Source: Xylographa opegraphella (Eukaryota). Taken from it: a stretch of 64,000 bases of DNA. Below, piece by piece: positions 35,901 to 49,112 of this stretch. Within the stretch, counting starts at the first letter, position 1; each line of letters begins with the position of its first letter. The stretch is taken from positions 310,001 to 374,000 of the forward strand of contig JALDZX010000001.1 of assembly GCA_022813865.1 (NCBI GenBank), given 5' to 3'. The notes beneath the pieces are model-generated. The model was not told where the DNA came from and did no database searches. It worked only from the letters and a program-made list of their open reading frames with translations. A program made the translations under genes and the position numbers.

Positions 35901-36762
35901 TCACTGATTCGCAGCCGGCGCGCCACCGAGCGGACGGCCCTGAGCCATGGTAGCATCCTGCCTTCCTATTCTCCGGTTCCTGCATACAGTCAGCTTGGAT
36001 CCATGCACAGTCGCGACCGTCCAACACTCACATAATGGACCTGCTCACGAAACTGATAAGGATCATGAACGTCCAGCTCGGCAGCAGCCCGAACCCCCAC
36101 AGGACATAGCCGACCACGACATTGACCCCCAACTTTGCAAACGTCCCGTCGAACGGATGGAACACGCCCTCATACGTCGGCGCCTGCTCGTACGTCTTCT
36201 TCGTATGGATCTCCACAATATCTTTGGCCGTCACCGTCGTCGTGTTCAGCGTCACGGTATAAATCGTCGTCGCCGGCTTGCTCTGATCCGCCGCCGGGAC
36301 CGGCAGCAGCATGTAGTAGATCGCAGCCGGGCCCGTGAGCCACGTCGAGCAGAGGATGGCCTGCGACTCGCAGTCGATGTAGCCCAGGTTCGGCGCGCTC
36401 GGATCGGCGGCAAAGACGGCCGCGGACTCGTTCCACGCGCGCTCAACCTCGCCGCACCTGCCGAAGCAGGTCTTGTTGCCGCCGGAAATCAGGACCATCC
36501 ACTTCTCGGGGCCGGAAGCGGTGGTCGCGGACGGGCTGGGGGTTAGGGTTGTTTTCCAATTGTCGTTGGTGAGAGGGACGACGTTCTTGGCGGCGATTGC
36601 GGAGGCACCGGTGGTGACAGGGGACGAGAGAGCAGCGGGGAGGTAGGCCTTGGCTATTTCGAAGTACGGCTCAAAGTCCATGCCGAAGAAGCCCATGGGT
36701 TTCTGGTCTTGCGCGAGAGTGAGCGCGGCGGGAAGGAGGAGGAGGGTGGTGGTGAAGCGCAT
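35901..36762 (-). CDS. Conserved fungal signal-peptide/TM protein with a thioredoxin-like lumenal domain, 1 intron
   Basis: Signal peptide MRFTTTLLLLPAALTLA, then WMVLISGGNKTCFGRC, LGYIDCESQAILCSTW, YEGVFHPFDG and C-terminal TM helices. Confidence 0.8.
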
Positions 36763-37920
36763 GTCGGCGGTTTGGGATCGAGTCTGTCGGAGAAGATTCG
36801 GGAGGTAAAATTCGAGGTTGAAGTGCGGTACCGGAAAGTCTGAATGAAGGAGTGACAAGAATTGGATGGATTACTTGAGAATGAGGGAGGATGGTGAGAG
36901 AGCGGTGGTTGCCTTGAGTACTACTCGTTGACTGGGTGCGCTTCATCTCCTTATCTCCGTTTTCAAATTTAGCGTCTGGAGAAGATGCGCTAAAAACATC
37001 GCGGGAAATCGAAAGTTTAGAGGCTAGGCGAGAAGGAGAGTCTCATGAATACTGCTTCATATTGGGTGCAGAGAGACGACACAATCTATTGAGCATACGA
37101 AATCAGATATTCTGTATAAGATATGTTCGCTGACAGGTTGCTTCTATCACCGGATAAGCTCTTTGCGTGATTTTATTCAAGGGAGCCAATGTAAGGGCGT
37201 ACCCTGTAGAGTCCTTGAGAGCCATGGACTGCTTTCCTTGGGAATGATACTCAGGCTTAAGAAGAACCTTAATTTTCGAGAGATTCTATCGAAACGATTG
37301 TGAAGATTGGTAATCTAGTTACTGGAGTTGGAGTGTCGCGGTGTATCTACCACAATGGTTCTTAGATGGCTTCAGAATATCCATGCTACACACGTTGTTT
37401 TCTCAAGAATATCATTTCTAGGTGATTATTTCCTACTCTGAGCTGCTCTTCAACTGCTCAGAACAAATTTTACACTTAATGATATGGGAATGCGTGTGCC
37501 TTCTCCTTACTGTTCGTCTATTCTGCCTGACAATGATTCTTCCTGCAGCCCTGCGTGTCACCGCCACCCGATCCTGATGTATGTTTCCGCGAATCAAAGC
37601 ACGGTCCTTATGCAGCTGAGACGGGGCATCAATGCAGCCTGGAGCGGGGTTATCTCTGCCATATAATGAGAGCATTTCTAGCTTCCGCTTCTTCCCAGCT
37701 CCACGTTTCAACCCCAAAGATCCTCCTGACACACAACCACCCGCGTGATGTGAGAGCCATATCCGAAGAAGCTCACTAGTATACCTAGCTACGCGAATCA
37801 TCTACGCTATTACGCATACCGTAAGTCAGACGCTAACATACGCTGCTGCCTTTATACACTGTTGCCTGACGGAGGGTAGGCTCTGACCGTCGTCACCAAA
37901 TTCCACAGGTCAACGTCGAA

Positions 37921-38163
37921 ATGCTGTTTCTCAACATAGCTGTGCTTCTTACCCTCTCGTCCATGGTTATAGCAGGCCCAATCGGTTATGGTGCTTGCCA
38001 AGCCGGCTGTGCGGCCGTCGTGACTGCATGTTATGCCGCTGGCGGAGCCACATGGGGTGCCACGTTGGGGGCAACCGCTCCAGCGACCATCGTGGGCTGC
38101 AACACGGCTTTTGGAACGTGTCAAGCTGCGTGTGCGGCAGTGCTGCTCCTGCCAACCCCATAG
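37921..38163 (+). CDS. Small secreted cysteine-rich protein ('zygote-specific class V'-like family)
   Basis: 80 aa with a signal peptide and GPIGYGACQAGCAAVVTACYAAGG..CNTAFGTCQAAC (6 Cys). 5'-UTR intron about 37822-37908. Confidence 0.85.
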   Translation: MLFLNIAVLLTLSSMVIAGPIGYGACQAGCAAVVTACYAAGGATWGATLGATAPATIVGCNTAFGTCQAACAAVLLLPTP

Positions 38164-38658
38164 ATAGTGCTTGAGAGGGATGGGCAGGAGCTTGTCAAAG
38201 CAGGGGGTGGGGCAGCATGGATCGCGGGCACATTCGAGTGCAAGTATGAATGTCGACAGGAATTCTGAATATGGTAGCTCTAACAAACGGCCCCAACAAA
38301 GGACATGAATTTCAAGATGCATTGTGGATGTGTGTTTGGTTCATCACGAATTGGTCCATCTCCAATGACAACGTTCTATTTCCCAATTCCGTCATGTTAA
38401 ATGTGAATCTGCCAAGGCTCTAGCAGAAACCGAGTGGTTTTTCCTGACAGATTTCCATCCAGGAGACTCTCAACAGTAGTGTTCGAAATGACCTCCACTA
38501 TATAACGTGATTGAAAGAAAGTAACCAGCTGAAGCATGAAGTCTAGACCGTCCTCAGCTTTCGGCTCTTCAAGCTGGTCAACTCCGCCCTGTATTACAGC
38601 CTTGTAGATAATTGCTAGTTCGATATCATAATAATCCAATGCCACCCAATTCTGAACT

Positions 38659-39815
38659 TTACCAAGGGTATTCCTTTAGTAAGAGTTAGTCAAGGGTTTT
38701 ATTTTGCCTCAGTCCAGAACAAAATGTTGTGAATCACCTTGCCTTCCCATGTCCAAAATGTGCCACTGTGATCAATTGTCTTCGTTGGAATCACTTTAAG
38801 CATAGCAGAAACTGATTGGGTGGGTGTGAGGATGCCGTCGACTTCCCAGCCGACAGATATATTTGCCATGTCACTTCTGGTAATCAGTATTTAAAAAGAG
38901 CAAGCACAGTACTCTGAAGAAGTATGGAAGGAGCTTCTAAATCACTCACGTTGCTACTTCCCCTGGATGCATTGCCAAGATGACGGTAGGGCTTCCCTTT
39001 CGATTCAACTCAGCTGCCATATGCTGCGTACCATTAGCACCAGAACATCACCAGCAGGTGAACATTCCGTAGTATTAGAAAATAGTCAGGAAACGTACTC
39101 GAAGGGCCTGGTTCAGAGCAGCCTTGGAAGCAGCATATGCAGCAAAACTACAGAGTAATTGTAAGTCTGAGGGGCAAAGACCGATCGACATTTCCCTACC
39201 CATCTTCAAATGAGCGAAAGTTTGCTGTTGAACCAGAGTCACTTGACATGAACATGATAGTACCAATTGGAACATTAGTCTGTAGCAGTTTTTGTGCTAC
39301 GATAATAGGGCCAACAGTATTGGTTCGTAAGTGGTTTTCGAATTTATGGAAGGACCTAGTACTGTATCAGCTGCAAGAGGCTCTCCAAGTATTGTTTCGT
39401 ACTTACATCTCGGTTGCTCTCTGGATCGGTCAGAAATTTCTCACGATGAAGACTGAAACCACATACATTTGGGTATTCCAGGATGCCTGCATTCAATACA
39501 GTGAAATCAATCTTATGAACATATTTCAGAGCACAGAGCTCCTTCACAAAGGTCTACACTCAGTCAGAGTTTGAGGCTCAGACCTTTTTCCCGAAGTACA
39601 CATGATCCACGAACACTTATGCTATCATCAGACTGCACATCACAAAGAAGTAACTGACACGCTCCACGAGGCGCTACAGCTGCCATGGACCATAGCTCAG
39701 ACGCCTTTTCAAGGTCTCGAACCGTAGCAATAACTTGGTCACCACGTGCCAGAAGCTGTCGCACAAACTCCAGACCAATCCCTCGGGAGGCCCCGACGAT
39801 AAGCCAGGTATACAT
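38659..39815 (-). CDS. Short-chain dehydrogenase/reductase (CsgA/C-factor-like), many short exons
   Basis: WLIVGASRGIGLEFVRQLL, VLNAGIL, catalytic YAASKAALNQ, MHPGEV and terminal FWTWEGK|EYPW*. Confidence 0.88.
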
Positions 39816-40371
39816 GAGCCCAGTTGTACCTCTTGTACGGGAAGACAGTCACTCGAAGTTTCACTGGACAGATCTCCAAGATATCTGAATAAGATCTCAG
39901 TTATATAATGTAAGACGGAGACGCAAACTGCATAATCCACAAGTAATCAGCGGTCTTGAAAACCTGCTGAGATAGTAGCTGCAAGCTCAGAACGGCTCAG
40001 ATACATAGTGTAGGATTATTGATAGCATCATACAGTGGCTTTAAAACCTGCGACTCCTCTCAAGCATTGCAACATGCTTTAAGGGCATTTGACACACGTC
40101 AGCCCGCTCGGAGATTTATTACGAAGGTTTGGGCGGTCCCAGTGCGGAGTGCGGCTTGCGGTAAAGAACCGGGATGGGAAATCGGGATTTTTAGGGACAG
40201 TCATCCAAATTGTGGATGCTTTTGTATTAGGTCATTGATTTTTCTTTTCTACCTGCTCTATCTAAACTATTGCCAACTATTTCAAACACACCGCAGCAAT
40301 CCACACCATTTTATTATTTTCCACACACACAGAACTCGTCGCCGTTGCTCACTTGGACTATCACATTCAAC

Positions 40372-41130
40372 ATGCCTAGCAAAGACAGCTTCTCTGAGGG
40401 TACGTTACTTTTGTTGTTGTTCATGTTGCTCCAAGTGCTTACCACATTGGAGCTGCTTTCGCCCCCTGCCCCAGAGCTCCGTGAGTGTGAGACGTGGGGG
40501 CCTGTACACGACTTGATCATGCCGCGAACGCAGTCCCAGCACAGTTTTCGATCGTCGATGCCATCTCCATGATGGACTTCTTTTGCGCGCCTTCTTCACC
40601 TCCTCTGACACGGGACATGGAGAAATTGGTTGATTTACATGCTAACTATTGCTTGTACAGGTGACGACAAGAAAGGTGCCAATCTCTTCAAGGTCATTAG
40701 CTTCCCTTCGTTCCGCAGCCACTCCAGGCCATTGACCCTTCTCCCAGACCCGTTGCGCCCAATGTCACAACCTCAAAGCCGATGAAGGCAACAAAATCGG
40801 CCCCAACCTCCACGGACTCTTCGGCCGTAAGACCGGTCAGGTAGAGGGCTTCTCGTACACAGATGCAAACAAAGCCAAAGGAATCATCTGGAAAGAGGAC
40901 ACACTCGTGCGTTCCCCTATTTTCCAGTCAATGCTGTCAGACTGACGTAGCCGCCAGTTCGAGTACCTTGAGAACCCCAAGAAATACATTCCCGGTACGA
41001 AGATGGCATTCGGCGGGTTGAAGAAGGCCAAGGACAGGAATGACCTAATTACGTACGTGGTTTCTGCGACCTGGTTCCGTTCACTAGCTAATCGCCGATT
41101 TGCAGTCACTTGCGCAACGAGACCAAGTAG
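40372..41130 (+). CDS. CYC1: Cytochrome c, 4 introns
   Basis: Spliced [55 protein letters not shown]. Intron 1 is long (40400-40660). Confidence 0.97.
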
Positions 41131-41744
41131 AGCTCACACCTTCAAATCAATCGCATCGCCTCCGAAACCAAACCACGGCATGCACTTCCGAGCTGTTACA
41201 TACCTGTACTACTAGCCTAGATTCTCAATAGAAGGATTGTTTGGTGGATTGGAGATTCCCGACGTCATTAGACACGTTCAGTGGGCGCGCATCTGTGTAT
41301 TCGAGGGAACTGGAATTGTCATGCATCTCTGCGGCGGGCCATTTGGTGATGACCAGGACGGCAAGGAAAGGACTCCTGTAATTAAGAATTCAAGACTTTC
41401 TCTGCTCTACCCATGCGCCGTAGACATTGATTCAGAAGGTATTTACGTGAAAGATGTGCTTTCACACCTTATCATGGACGACGAATGATCCTCTTTGCAC
41501 AATCACTCACCGTACATCGAATACCTCAAGCATGAAGACACAGCGATTGCATAATTCGTATTGAAACCTCAGCTTAGAACCCACGGAGATGTAACGTCTG
41601 CCCTAGAAGCATACACAATCCCCTCCCCTCCACTCCACTCCACCAGCCACGTCCAACACCCAAGCTACACGCATAATATGCACACGCGCACTCTACCACG
41701 GAGTATCGTTCCCCAACAAAACTGCAAGTCCCTACACAAAAGAA

Positions 41745-41945
41745 ATCACATCACATCACATCACATCACATGAAAAGCACACACGCAAGCAAGCAAGCAG
41801 TCCCAACCCAAAGACCCAAGATATGGAAAAAAATAAATTAAAAAAACGGATCCATGATATTCGTTTCTCTCGTGCCATAAAACCCGGAAATAGCCAAATG
41901 CACGCTCTAAAATACATAGACAACCAAAGAGAGAGAGAGAGAGAA
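41745..41945. repeat. Cluster of microsatellites ((ATCAC)5, (GCAA)n, (GA)n) in the PRM1 3' flank
   Basis: Directly visible simple repeats. Confidence 0.75.
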
Positions 41946-42044
41946 AAGAACAGGCTGAAACAAGCACGTAGCCCTCTCCAACTTTTTTGCCCAACCAGTG
42001 CGAACAACTCCCATCCCCACCCTCCCCAACTCCCATGCCCAATC

Positions 42045-44276
42045 TCAGCGCTTCACAACCCCGATATCCCCATACTCACTGCCCCTGACGCCCCTCCCGA
42101 GCACGACCCTCCCCGCGGGCGCCCGCTCGCCCGCAAAACCCAGCTTCTGATCTTGCCACGCGCTCTCGTCCTCCAGAGGGCTCACATCGCGCGACTGGTG
42201 GGTGCGGCCGGCGAAACGGGCAGCGGGCGAAGCCGGGTGCGGGGGCTCGTAGGCGGGCGGCTGGTGGGAAGCGGAGGGGGCACGCAGCGGGGGCTCGAGC
42301 TCGATATCGCCGGCGTAGGAGGGCCCGCCCTCGGCGCGGGACTTGTCGCGGCGCGAGGCGAGGAAGAGGGCGCGCAGGAGGCCGAGGAGGACGAGGAACA
42401 GCCAGGCGCCGAGCAGGGTGGTGGAGATGAGGGCCTCGGTGCGGATGGCATCGGCGATGTGGTTGGTGACGGTGGTGACGGCTTCGGAGATGGCGTCGGA
42501 GGTGGAGCCGCCCGGGTTGGCGAGGAAGGAGTCGGTGGTGGAGTTGGAGGAGTTGCCGGCGATGCTGGCGGCGGCGCCGATGGAGAAGGTGTCGTTGGCG
42601 AAGAGGATGAAGTCGACGTGCGCGTGGTCGGAGACCCAGTCGAGCCCTTTTTGGATGCCCGCGATCTTGAGCCCGATTAGGCAGTTGAAGACTTCGGTGA
42701 TGGGGTCGTAGAGCACGGTGCCGCCGAAGGTGGTGTTGAGGACGTCGGTGACGCTGTCGACGAAGACGTTGAGCGTATCGTTGAGGGCGCCGGTCGTGGT
42801 GTTGACCCAGCCGAAGACGTCCTTGTTGATGTCGTTGGTCGTGGTCACGATGGCATGATTGACGCCATCGGCCCAGTGGCTGGACGAGTTTTCGAGCGAA
42901 GCGATCACTTTGTCGGCAAAGCCGTCGACCTCGTTGATGAGAGCTGGCACTTCCTTCTCGATGGCTTTGAGAAGGATGTACTGGCAGAGACAGGAGAATA
43001 GGCCGGCGATGGCGAGGGAGAAAATGAAGAGCGCAGCCGGTGATGTGGCATATGCGATGACCCATCTCGTGAGGATCTGTTTTCTTGTGGATCGCATCTT
43101 ACCTGCAGCCTTGATACCAGCGGTTGCTGTATAGGGTCTCGAAGCGATGTATATGATGTCGAGAGGGTCGATGGAACGATCGCGCACGACCTGAGCTCGC
43201 TTTTGCAAAGTTCGCCATTGCATGACATCGCGATATGCCATCGGGATACATACCAAGACAGCCGCGACCGTTATGACACCCAGGAAGATCTTGCGAGCAA
43301 GGTCTGCAATATCGGACAGGTCTTGGAAGAAGTCTGAGATGCCGTTGTTGTCGGAGCAAAAGGTCAGCTGCTCCTTCTGGGGTACAGGGAAAACTGAGCG
43401 ATCGAAGTGGTAGGTGCCCATAGAGTTGTTGACGAGGCTCTTGACATCTTCAAACGGAAGTCGAATGGCGTTGTTGGTAAAGTTATTAACTTGTGCAAAA
43501 GTCGGGATCGACGAATTTAATTTGTTCAATCCTTGGTCGATGGTTGCGGGAAGCTGGATATTGTTCAGTTGCTCCAGCGTACCGTTGATGTTCAGATTCG
43601 GGATAGTCATGGCATGCCCACCAAAGATCTCTGGCAGACTATTAAGATTGGCGACGAAGGCAGAGAGATCGCTCTCGAACCCGCTGACGCTCTTAGAAAT
43701 ATCGGACCCAATAGCCCCGAGAGTCTTGTTGAGAAAGTTGGTTACATCTTCGGCGACTTGAACCGCGACGTGCAAACTCCCAGACACAGCGAGGGTAATG
43801 AGACAGAGATATGTCGAGGTAAGCATGTTTATGTAGAAAACAACAATTTCTTCGACGCCGGTGATAGTCAGAAGGAGCATGGACATGAGGCCATTTACAG
43901 CCTTTTCAACACCAGTGGCAGCCAGGTCGTTCACACCTGCGGCCAAATAGTGAGGCATGGAAGCTAAAGCGCTGCCCATATCTTCCACCCCATTACATGC
44001 CGACGTGGCCTCTCTCTTAGCAGTGGCCAGGTCGTTATGAAGGCCAGTAACAGCAATGAGGGTTCTAGCCAGAACAAGAAGTAGAAGGATGGTCCATCGG
44101 TTGAGCCATACTTGCGATAGCCGAGCACGGAGTCCGAGATATGGAGTTATATTTGGGAGGGTATGAGGTTTTGACCGCAGCGCATCTTGCCCGATGTAGT
44201 AATCTCGCATTCCATCATGGCCGGAGAGGGACGGCGGTACACTCGGGAAGACATGCGGGTTCCTAGCGGAAGACAT
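42045..44276 (-). CDS. PRM1: Plasma membrane fusion protein Prm1
   Basis: 743 aa, TPYLGLRARLSQVWLNRWTILLLLVL, ASMPHY, TYLCLITL and ASRPY, with several TM helices. Confidence 0.94.
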   Translation of the reverse strand: MSSARNPHVFPSVPPSLSGHDGMRDYYIGQDALRSKPHTLPNITPYLGLRARLSQVWLNRWTILLLLVLARTLIAVTGLHNDLATAKREATSACNGVEDMGSALASMPHYLAAGVNDLAATGVEKAVNGLMSMLLLTITGVEEIVVFYINMLTSTYLCLITLAVSGSLHVAVQVAEDVTNFLNKTLGAIGSDISKSVSGFESDLSAFVANLNSLPEIFGGHAMTIPNLNINGTLEQLNNIQLPATIDQGLNKLNSSIPTFAQVNNFTNNAIRLPFEDVKSLVNNSMGTYHFDRSVFPVPQKEQLTFCSDNNGISDFFQDLSDIADLARKIFLGVITVAAVLVCIPMAYRDVMQWRTLQKRAQVVRDRSIDPLDIIYIASRPYTATAGIKAAGKMRSTRKQILTRWVIAYATSPAALFIFSLAIAGLFSCLCQYILLKAIEKEVPALINEVDGFADKVIASLENSSSHWADGVNHAIVTTTNDINKDVFGWVNTTTGALNDTLNVFVDSVTDVLNTTFGGTVLYDPITEVFNCLIGLKIAGIQKGLDWVSDHAHVDFILFANDTFSIGAAASIAGNSSNSTTDSFLANPGGSTSDAISEAVTTVTNHIADAIRTEALISTTLLGAWLFLVLLGLLRALFLASRRDKSRAEGGPSYAGDIELEPPLRAPSASHQPPAYEPPHPASPAARFAGRTHQSRDVSPLEDESAWQDQKLGFAGERAPAGRVVLGRGVRGSEYGDIGVVKR

Positions 44277-45665
44277 CTCTATGGTTATGTGTATAGTGCT
44301 GTACGACAGTCCGTCCGGCGGAGTAAGATTAATACGAGGTTTTTGAAGAACAGTCGACTCGTAGAAAGAATGACACTCGAGATCGAGGAAGAAAAATATT
44401 AAAGATTAAAAAGTGAGGATGACCGGCATCGAAGATGACATACAAAGAAGAACAACAGAAACGAAGGGACAATAGAACGTGAAGAAGGTACACCGACCTT
44501 CTTTGTGAAGTCAACAATGGATGAGCGATGAATAAGAAAGAAGTTTACAAAGGCTCCAGAAATAGAAACAATCGCTCACCAGCAAATCAATGGCGATATG
44601 ACCGCGCGGTCAATGGACTTTGAGTCTGAAACAACGATACTTACTTTACAATACTGTTTCAAGTCATTCTCACAACGCTGAGGCTATTGATTCATTCACG
44701 GTTGATGGACTTTGACCGTTAGCCTTGCTCTAGGCGCCCATTGACCAATGAGACAACGCTCATCGAGCTGTCACTTCCTCGTTTGAAGACAAAGCCAAGC
44801 ATGTCTGGCCTCTGATTGGCAATGGCCTTTCTTCGCTGCGGCCTAGTGGGAATCGAGAAAGCAAGACCATTGTTCGCGCTTGGCCATCTCGACCTGCGAC
44901 TCGACCCCATGATCCCGCGGTGTGCTTTCAGAGACCGTATGGTGATTGTACAGCTTTTGAGGCCCGCAGTCGCGACTATCGTTATACTCGGACATGATCA
45001 GCCGCAGAGACAACACCAAAGTATTGTGGTAGTAGAGGATGGTATCGATCATAAAGATGATACCTTTTTGCAGTTCAATATCTGCATGACTTTGAACGAT
45101 CCGTTGTCCGGACGCGCCAAAGTTCGTTCCATAAATGAAATGGTGGACGACTTTGTATCCATGATGAGGAGGATATCTGGCGGTTTTCGCGTGCGTGTTC
45201 TCCTTCCTATCACTACAATCGCCACTATGATTGAGGTTCAGAGCCTCACTAGACCGGTCAATGTTATGCGTTTCGAGTCCTTAGCGCGTGCGCCTGCAGA
45301 ACTGAAATAATTTCACCCAATCAACGCTTCCTTCCATTGAGACAATGAAACAACCCAAAGCTTGGCAAACTCGACTACTGAGCTATCAATGTGTTCCAGC
45401 TTCGCTACTTCATTTCCCAGGATACTACTTGCCCCACGCACTGTGAAGACTACCGGGAGCCATGGAGCAATACTATCAAACATGACATTAAAAGCCCGTG
45501 ATACCTCCTCAATGCTGTACACTAGAATACATCAAGCATCACAACGAAGAGCTTGGCCTTCGTGACATCGTGGAACAGAAGCATCGCACTGTGGTATCAT
45601 CTCCTCCAATCGCTGGAAACGCATAGACGAACAAGAACTCTCTCTGCTCAAAGTTTGTAGGCTCA

Positions 45666-47712
45666 TCATCGATATATCGACCCACCCCCGTAGTCATAAC
45701 CCCTTGGTGCCGGGCGGTAATACTCCTCATCCGTTTGATTACTACTCCTTCGGGCCTCGCCCGGATCCGCACGAGGATCGTAGCGGACCTTCGAGCTAGG
45801 ACTGCCACCGTAGTGGGCTGCGTCATCGTCCGCTTGCCTTCGCGCATACTCCCCGCGTCGCAGGTCCGGATCTCGCATATATCGCCTTCCGTCATCTTCG
45901 TAGCCTTCTGCGCCAGGCTGGAATGAACGGAGATCACCATCTGAGCGGCGGTATTCGTTGTTACCTGCGCTGAAAGACGGACTGTGGCGGCGACGGACAC
46001 TGGCTGGTCCTCGAATGGGCTGGTGGATTTCGGGCGCTGCATGGTCGCCTTGCATGCGTGAACCTTGAGAGCCGATCGGGATCGGACGTGTTCGTTCGAC
46101 AGTCGAATTGGATCGGACGCCGTGGTTAGGTATCGTGCTTCGTCCCTCTTCTTCGTAGACTCTTCCAGCGCCAGGTTGCACACGATAAGGCTTCCTTTCG
46201 CGTTCGATGGGCTGGATAGGGGGATTGGTGTCATCGATGGCACAATCCTGTGGCGTACTTGAATAGGGTTTTCTCTCCCTTTCAATGTTTGGTGGAATAT
46301 GCACGGGCTCTTGAGGAATGTGCGGCTCTCGGGTTGGGCGAGACGCAGTCTCGTTCGGTCCAGCTCTAGGTACGTCGAGGTTCGTAGCCTTTGGCAAGGT
46401 TATGTGAGCGTGCTCAACCATTGCTTTCTGTACACGGTCCCGTGTTTTGCGATCTTCCTCCCCAGGGAACAAACGACGGGAAATATCTTTGGGAAAACGT
46501 TCTTTCTTGTCATCCGGGTTGCTTATCGGCATCTCTAGGATAGTTTTCTGCAGCCGTTCAAATTCCTCTTCCGGATGAGCTCGGATTATCAACGTTGCCC
46601 ATCTCTCGAAGCCAACAGGAGTTAGGCCAGGAATATCGGGTCTCTCGTCATGTCGTTCTTGTACCAAGTGATGCTGGCATTCCAGTTCTCGATACATCCG
46701 AGATATAGAGGACTCCTTGTCGTCGAATATTACTGAAATATCATTAGTGTTGATAGTATGAGACTTCGTCATGGGATCAACTTACTTGACCACGGATAAG
46801 CCTCGTCTGTCACTTTGAAGTGCTCATAGTATGCCTGCATCTTTGGAGGGGTCACGACAATGCTATGACGCGGTTCGTAATCCTCAATCTATATTCCGCG
46901 ATCAGTAACTCTCTCTGGGCTATCTGAGATTTCTAGCATGGTTTCCTAACCAGATGAACAGCGAGGCCACGTAGAAGCTGACCGAGACGAGGAGTTGGTT
47001 GTCCTTCTTCATCAAACAGCTGACCCCATATTTTCTCCAGCGTCGTTTCTTCCTTGGATGTTGATAGTCTTGTTGGGCCCTTGGGGCGAGCGTTGCTGGG
47101 CTCGTTTGTCACGCTTGTTCGTGAGGGCGGCCTTCTCGAGTCGAATTGAGAGTTAGATGGCTCCGGTGGACTAGGAGGACTGACTTGAGGTATGGTGGAT
47201 GCTAATGCGGGCGATGTAGTGCTGGGGTAGTCTGAGTGTTTGGGTGGAGACGGCGGGGTATACACGTTTCGAGTAGGCATGGGAGGTGAGGCGCGAGATT
47301 GCAAGGTGGGTGATTGTGGAGCCGGCTGCTGTTGAGGTGGTGGTGGTGGTGGAGGAGGATACGTTTGATGTGTTGCTTGAACCGGCGTTCCAGCGTCTAG
47401 CGATGTTGTTCTCAGCTGCTTTATTACTGTCTCAGTAATGTGTGCAATGAGTTCAGGATTCATGCCTGCAGTCGGGTCGGCGGCTTTGTCAACGAATGCA
47501 GCATTAACAGCCTCGTTTATCGGCTGATGAGGCTGAGAGAACCTGGGATACTCTGTCGCACGTCCTTCCCCTCTATCTCTCGACGATTGTCTCGACTTTG
47601 GATTGTAGGCCTCAGTAGGAGTGTATGGATTAGCATATTGCGATCTCGAGTCCGGATAATCGTAATAAGGTGGAGCCTGTTCAGCGGGATTGCGATAGCT
47701 ATCGTAGGTCAT
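45666..47712 (-). CDS. Conserved proline-rich fungal protein (DUF7514-like central domain), 2 introns
   Basis: ETTLEKIWGQLFD..PTPRLGQLLRGLAVHL, SISRMYRELECQHHLVQ, IPGLTPVGFERW, KERFPKDISRRLFP and IERERKPY repeats. Confidence 0.8.
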
Positions 47713-49112
47713 GGTGTCGGCCGTAAGCAAGGCTCAGTCCAGCTGAAACTCGTTATCGACTCGCACCAGGCGTCGTGGTAAACAGAATTTGAAGTAGTTA
47801 TGAAGGATTTCGTATTCTTAACCGTGCTTGAGTGCAACCAGAAGTGTTTGTGAGACCAACATGCGTGAAGTTCGAGCAGGAGGTGGAGTGTTGGAAACAA
47901 GGTCGCGGGTATTATTGGTATGATCGAACATGAGTTACAGGCCAAGGACGATTAACCCGCGTGTTTGGGTGTGGGGTTTTAGTGTTCGATTGGCCAGCCT
48001 TTCGCATGCAGGTGATGTGCTTTGCTACTCAACGGGCGAAAGCTGTCTGCTTTCTCCCTCGTACGAAGTACTCGAAGTTAACTCTTCGCTCAGAAGTGCT
48101 TGGAAACCGATGACGTGACTCTACATCTGGCCTCTGGTCCACTTCCCCCGGCTCGTGCCTCACCCTTGTCGCTGCTTATCATTCATTCTGTACCCCGTAT
48201 CGATGACAGGCTCAATCATCCGACTGTAACTTTCGGGGTCCGGCTCACAAAATCCCAATCAACTATTTAATTGAGGTATGATCGATACTGCTATGGAGAA
48301 AGGTGTGGGCGAATTGGCATTGCTACGTAGACATTTCACTCCGATCACCTCCGCGCGAACATGGCAATAGATTCCTACGGGAATTGCTTCGGTGCATACT
48401 TGCACGAGGGTAACGGCGACTTTACGGCCAGTCTGTATTATTGGCACTAGAGAGTCTACCAGCCACGCCGATGAACAAGAATCCCGAATTAGATATAAAG
48501 CCTCCACATCTGATTGGTCATACCCGCAAGGATGGCCCTAGAGACAGTCCTCACCCGTGGTCCGATCGGGTTCCGGATGGCCCCGAACCAGAAACAAGCA
48601 GCCAAGATCTGCGTGGAAGCGTATATTCATGAATGATCGACATGTGGGATTTCATGACCGACGACGTATCAGACCAACCAAACTTACTCGTAAGATTGAG
48701 AAGCTCGAGATTGCTATTGAATGGATTTTTATTCGTCACTCAGAAAGGATCCTTGCCCTGGGTAGCGAGAACAACTTAATTGATACCCTCATTGTAATGG
48801 TAATAGTTGGTAATGTGGGCAGTAGATATCTCTGGATTATAGTACGAAGTACAAGGGGTGGCGAATAATTGGAATCCTGTGAGGACGGAGGTATGCATGT
48901 CTAGAATTCATCCAATCACTGCATACTTCATCTATCAAGATGCCTAGAAGTGATGATGGTCAACTCAAGCAGATGGAACGGTTTGTTATTGCCAAGAGTA
49001 ACCTCAGGATTCCATGAGACTGTTGCAGTATCCATACCATTGCCGCACACCTGCCGCTCCCCTCCAGTACATAGCATTTGCTGCCCGATCAGCCATCATC
49101 GCACCTTCCCAA

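Noticed and set aside
30385..39815. Secondary-metabolite cluster (DUF3431, FAD oxidoreductase, SDR)
   Set aside because: No PKS, NRPS, terpene or RiPP backbone gene, and the genes are interleaved with housekeeping VTI1 and CYC1.
40569..40609. Box C/D snoRNA in cytochrome c intron 1
   Set aside because: Imperfect C box (ATGATGG), only about 40 nt to CTGA, and no evident terminal stem or guide.
44719..45522. Small gene between PRM1 and the proline-rich gene
   Set aside because: Short ORFs on both strands lack motifs and codon bias; a two-exon minus-strand model is possible but unsupported.
48259..49100. Additional gene downstream of the Stc1-domain gene
   Set aside because: Only short ORFs with no recognisable motif or consistent splice model.
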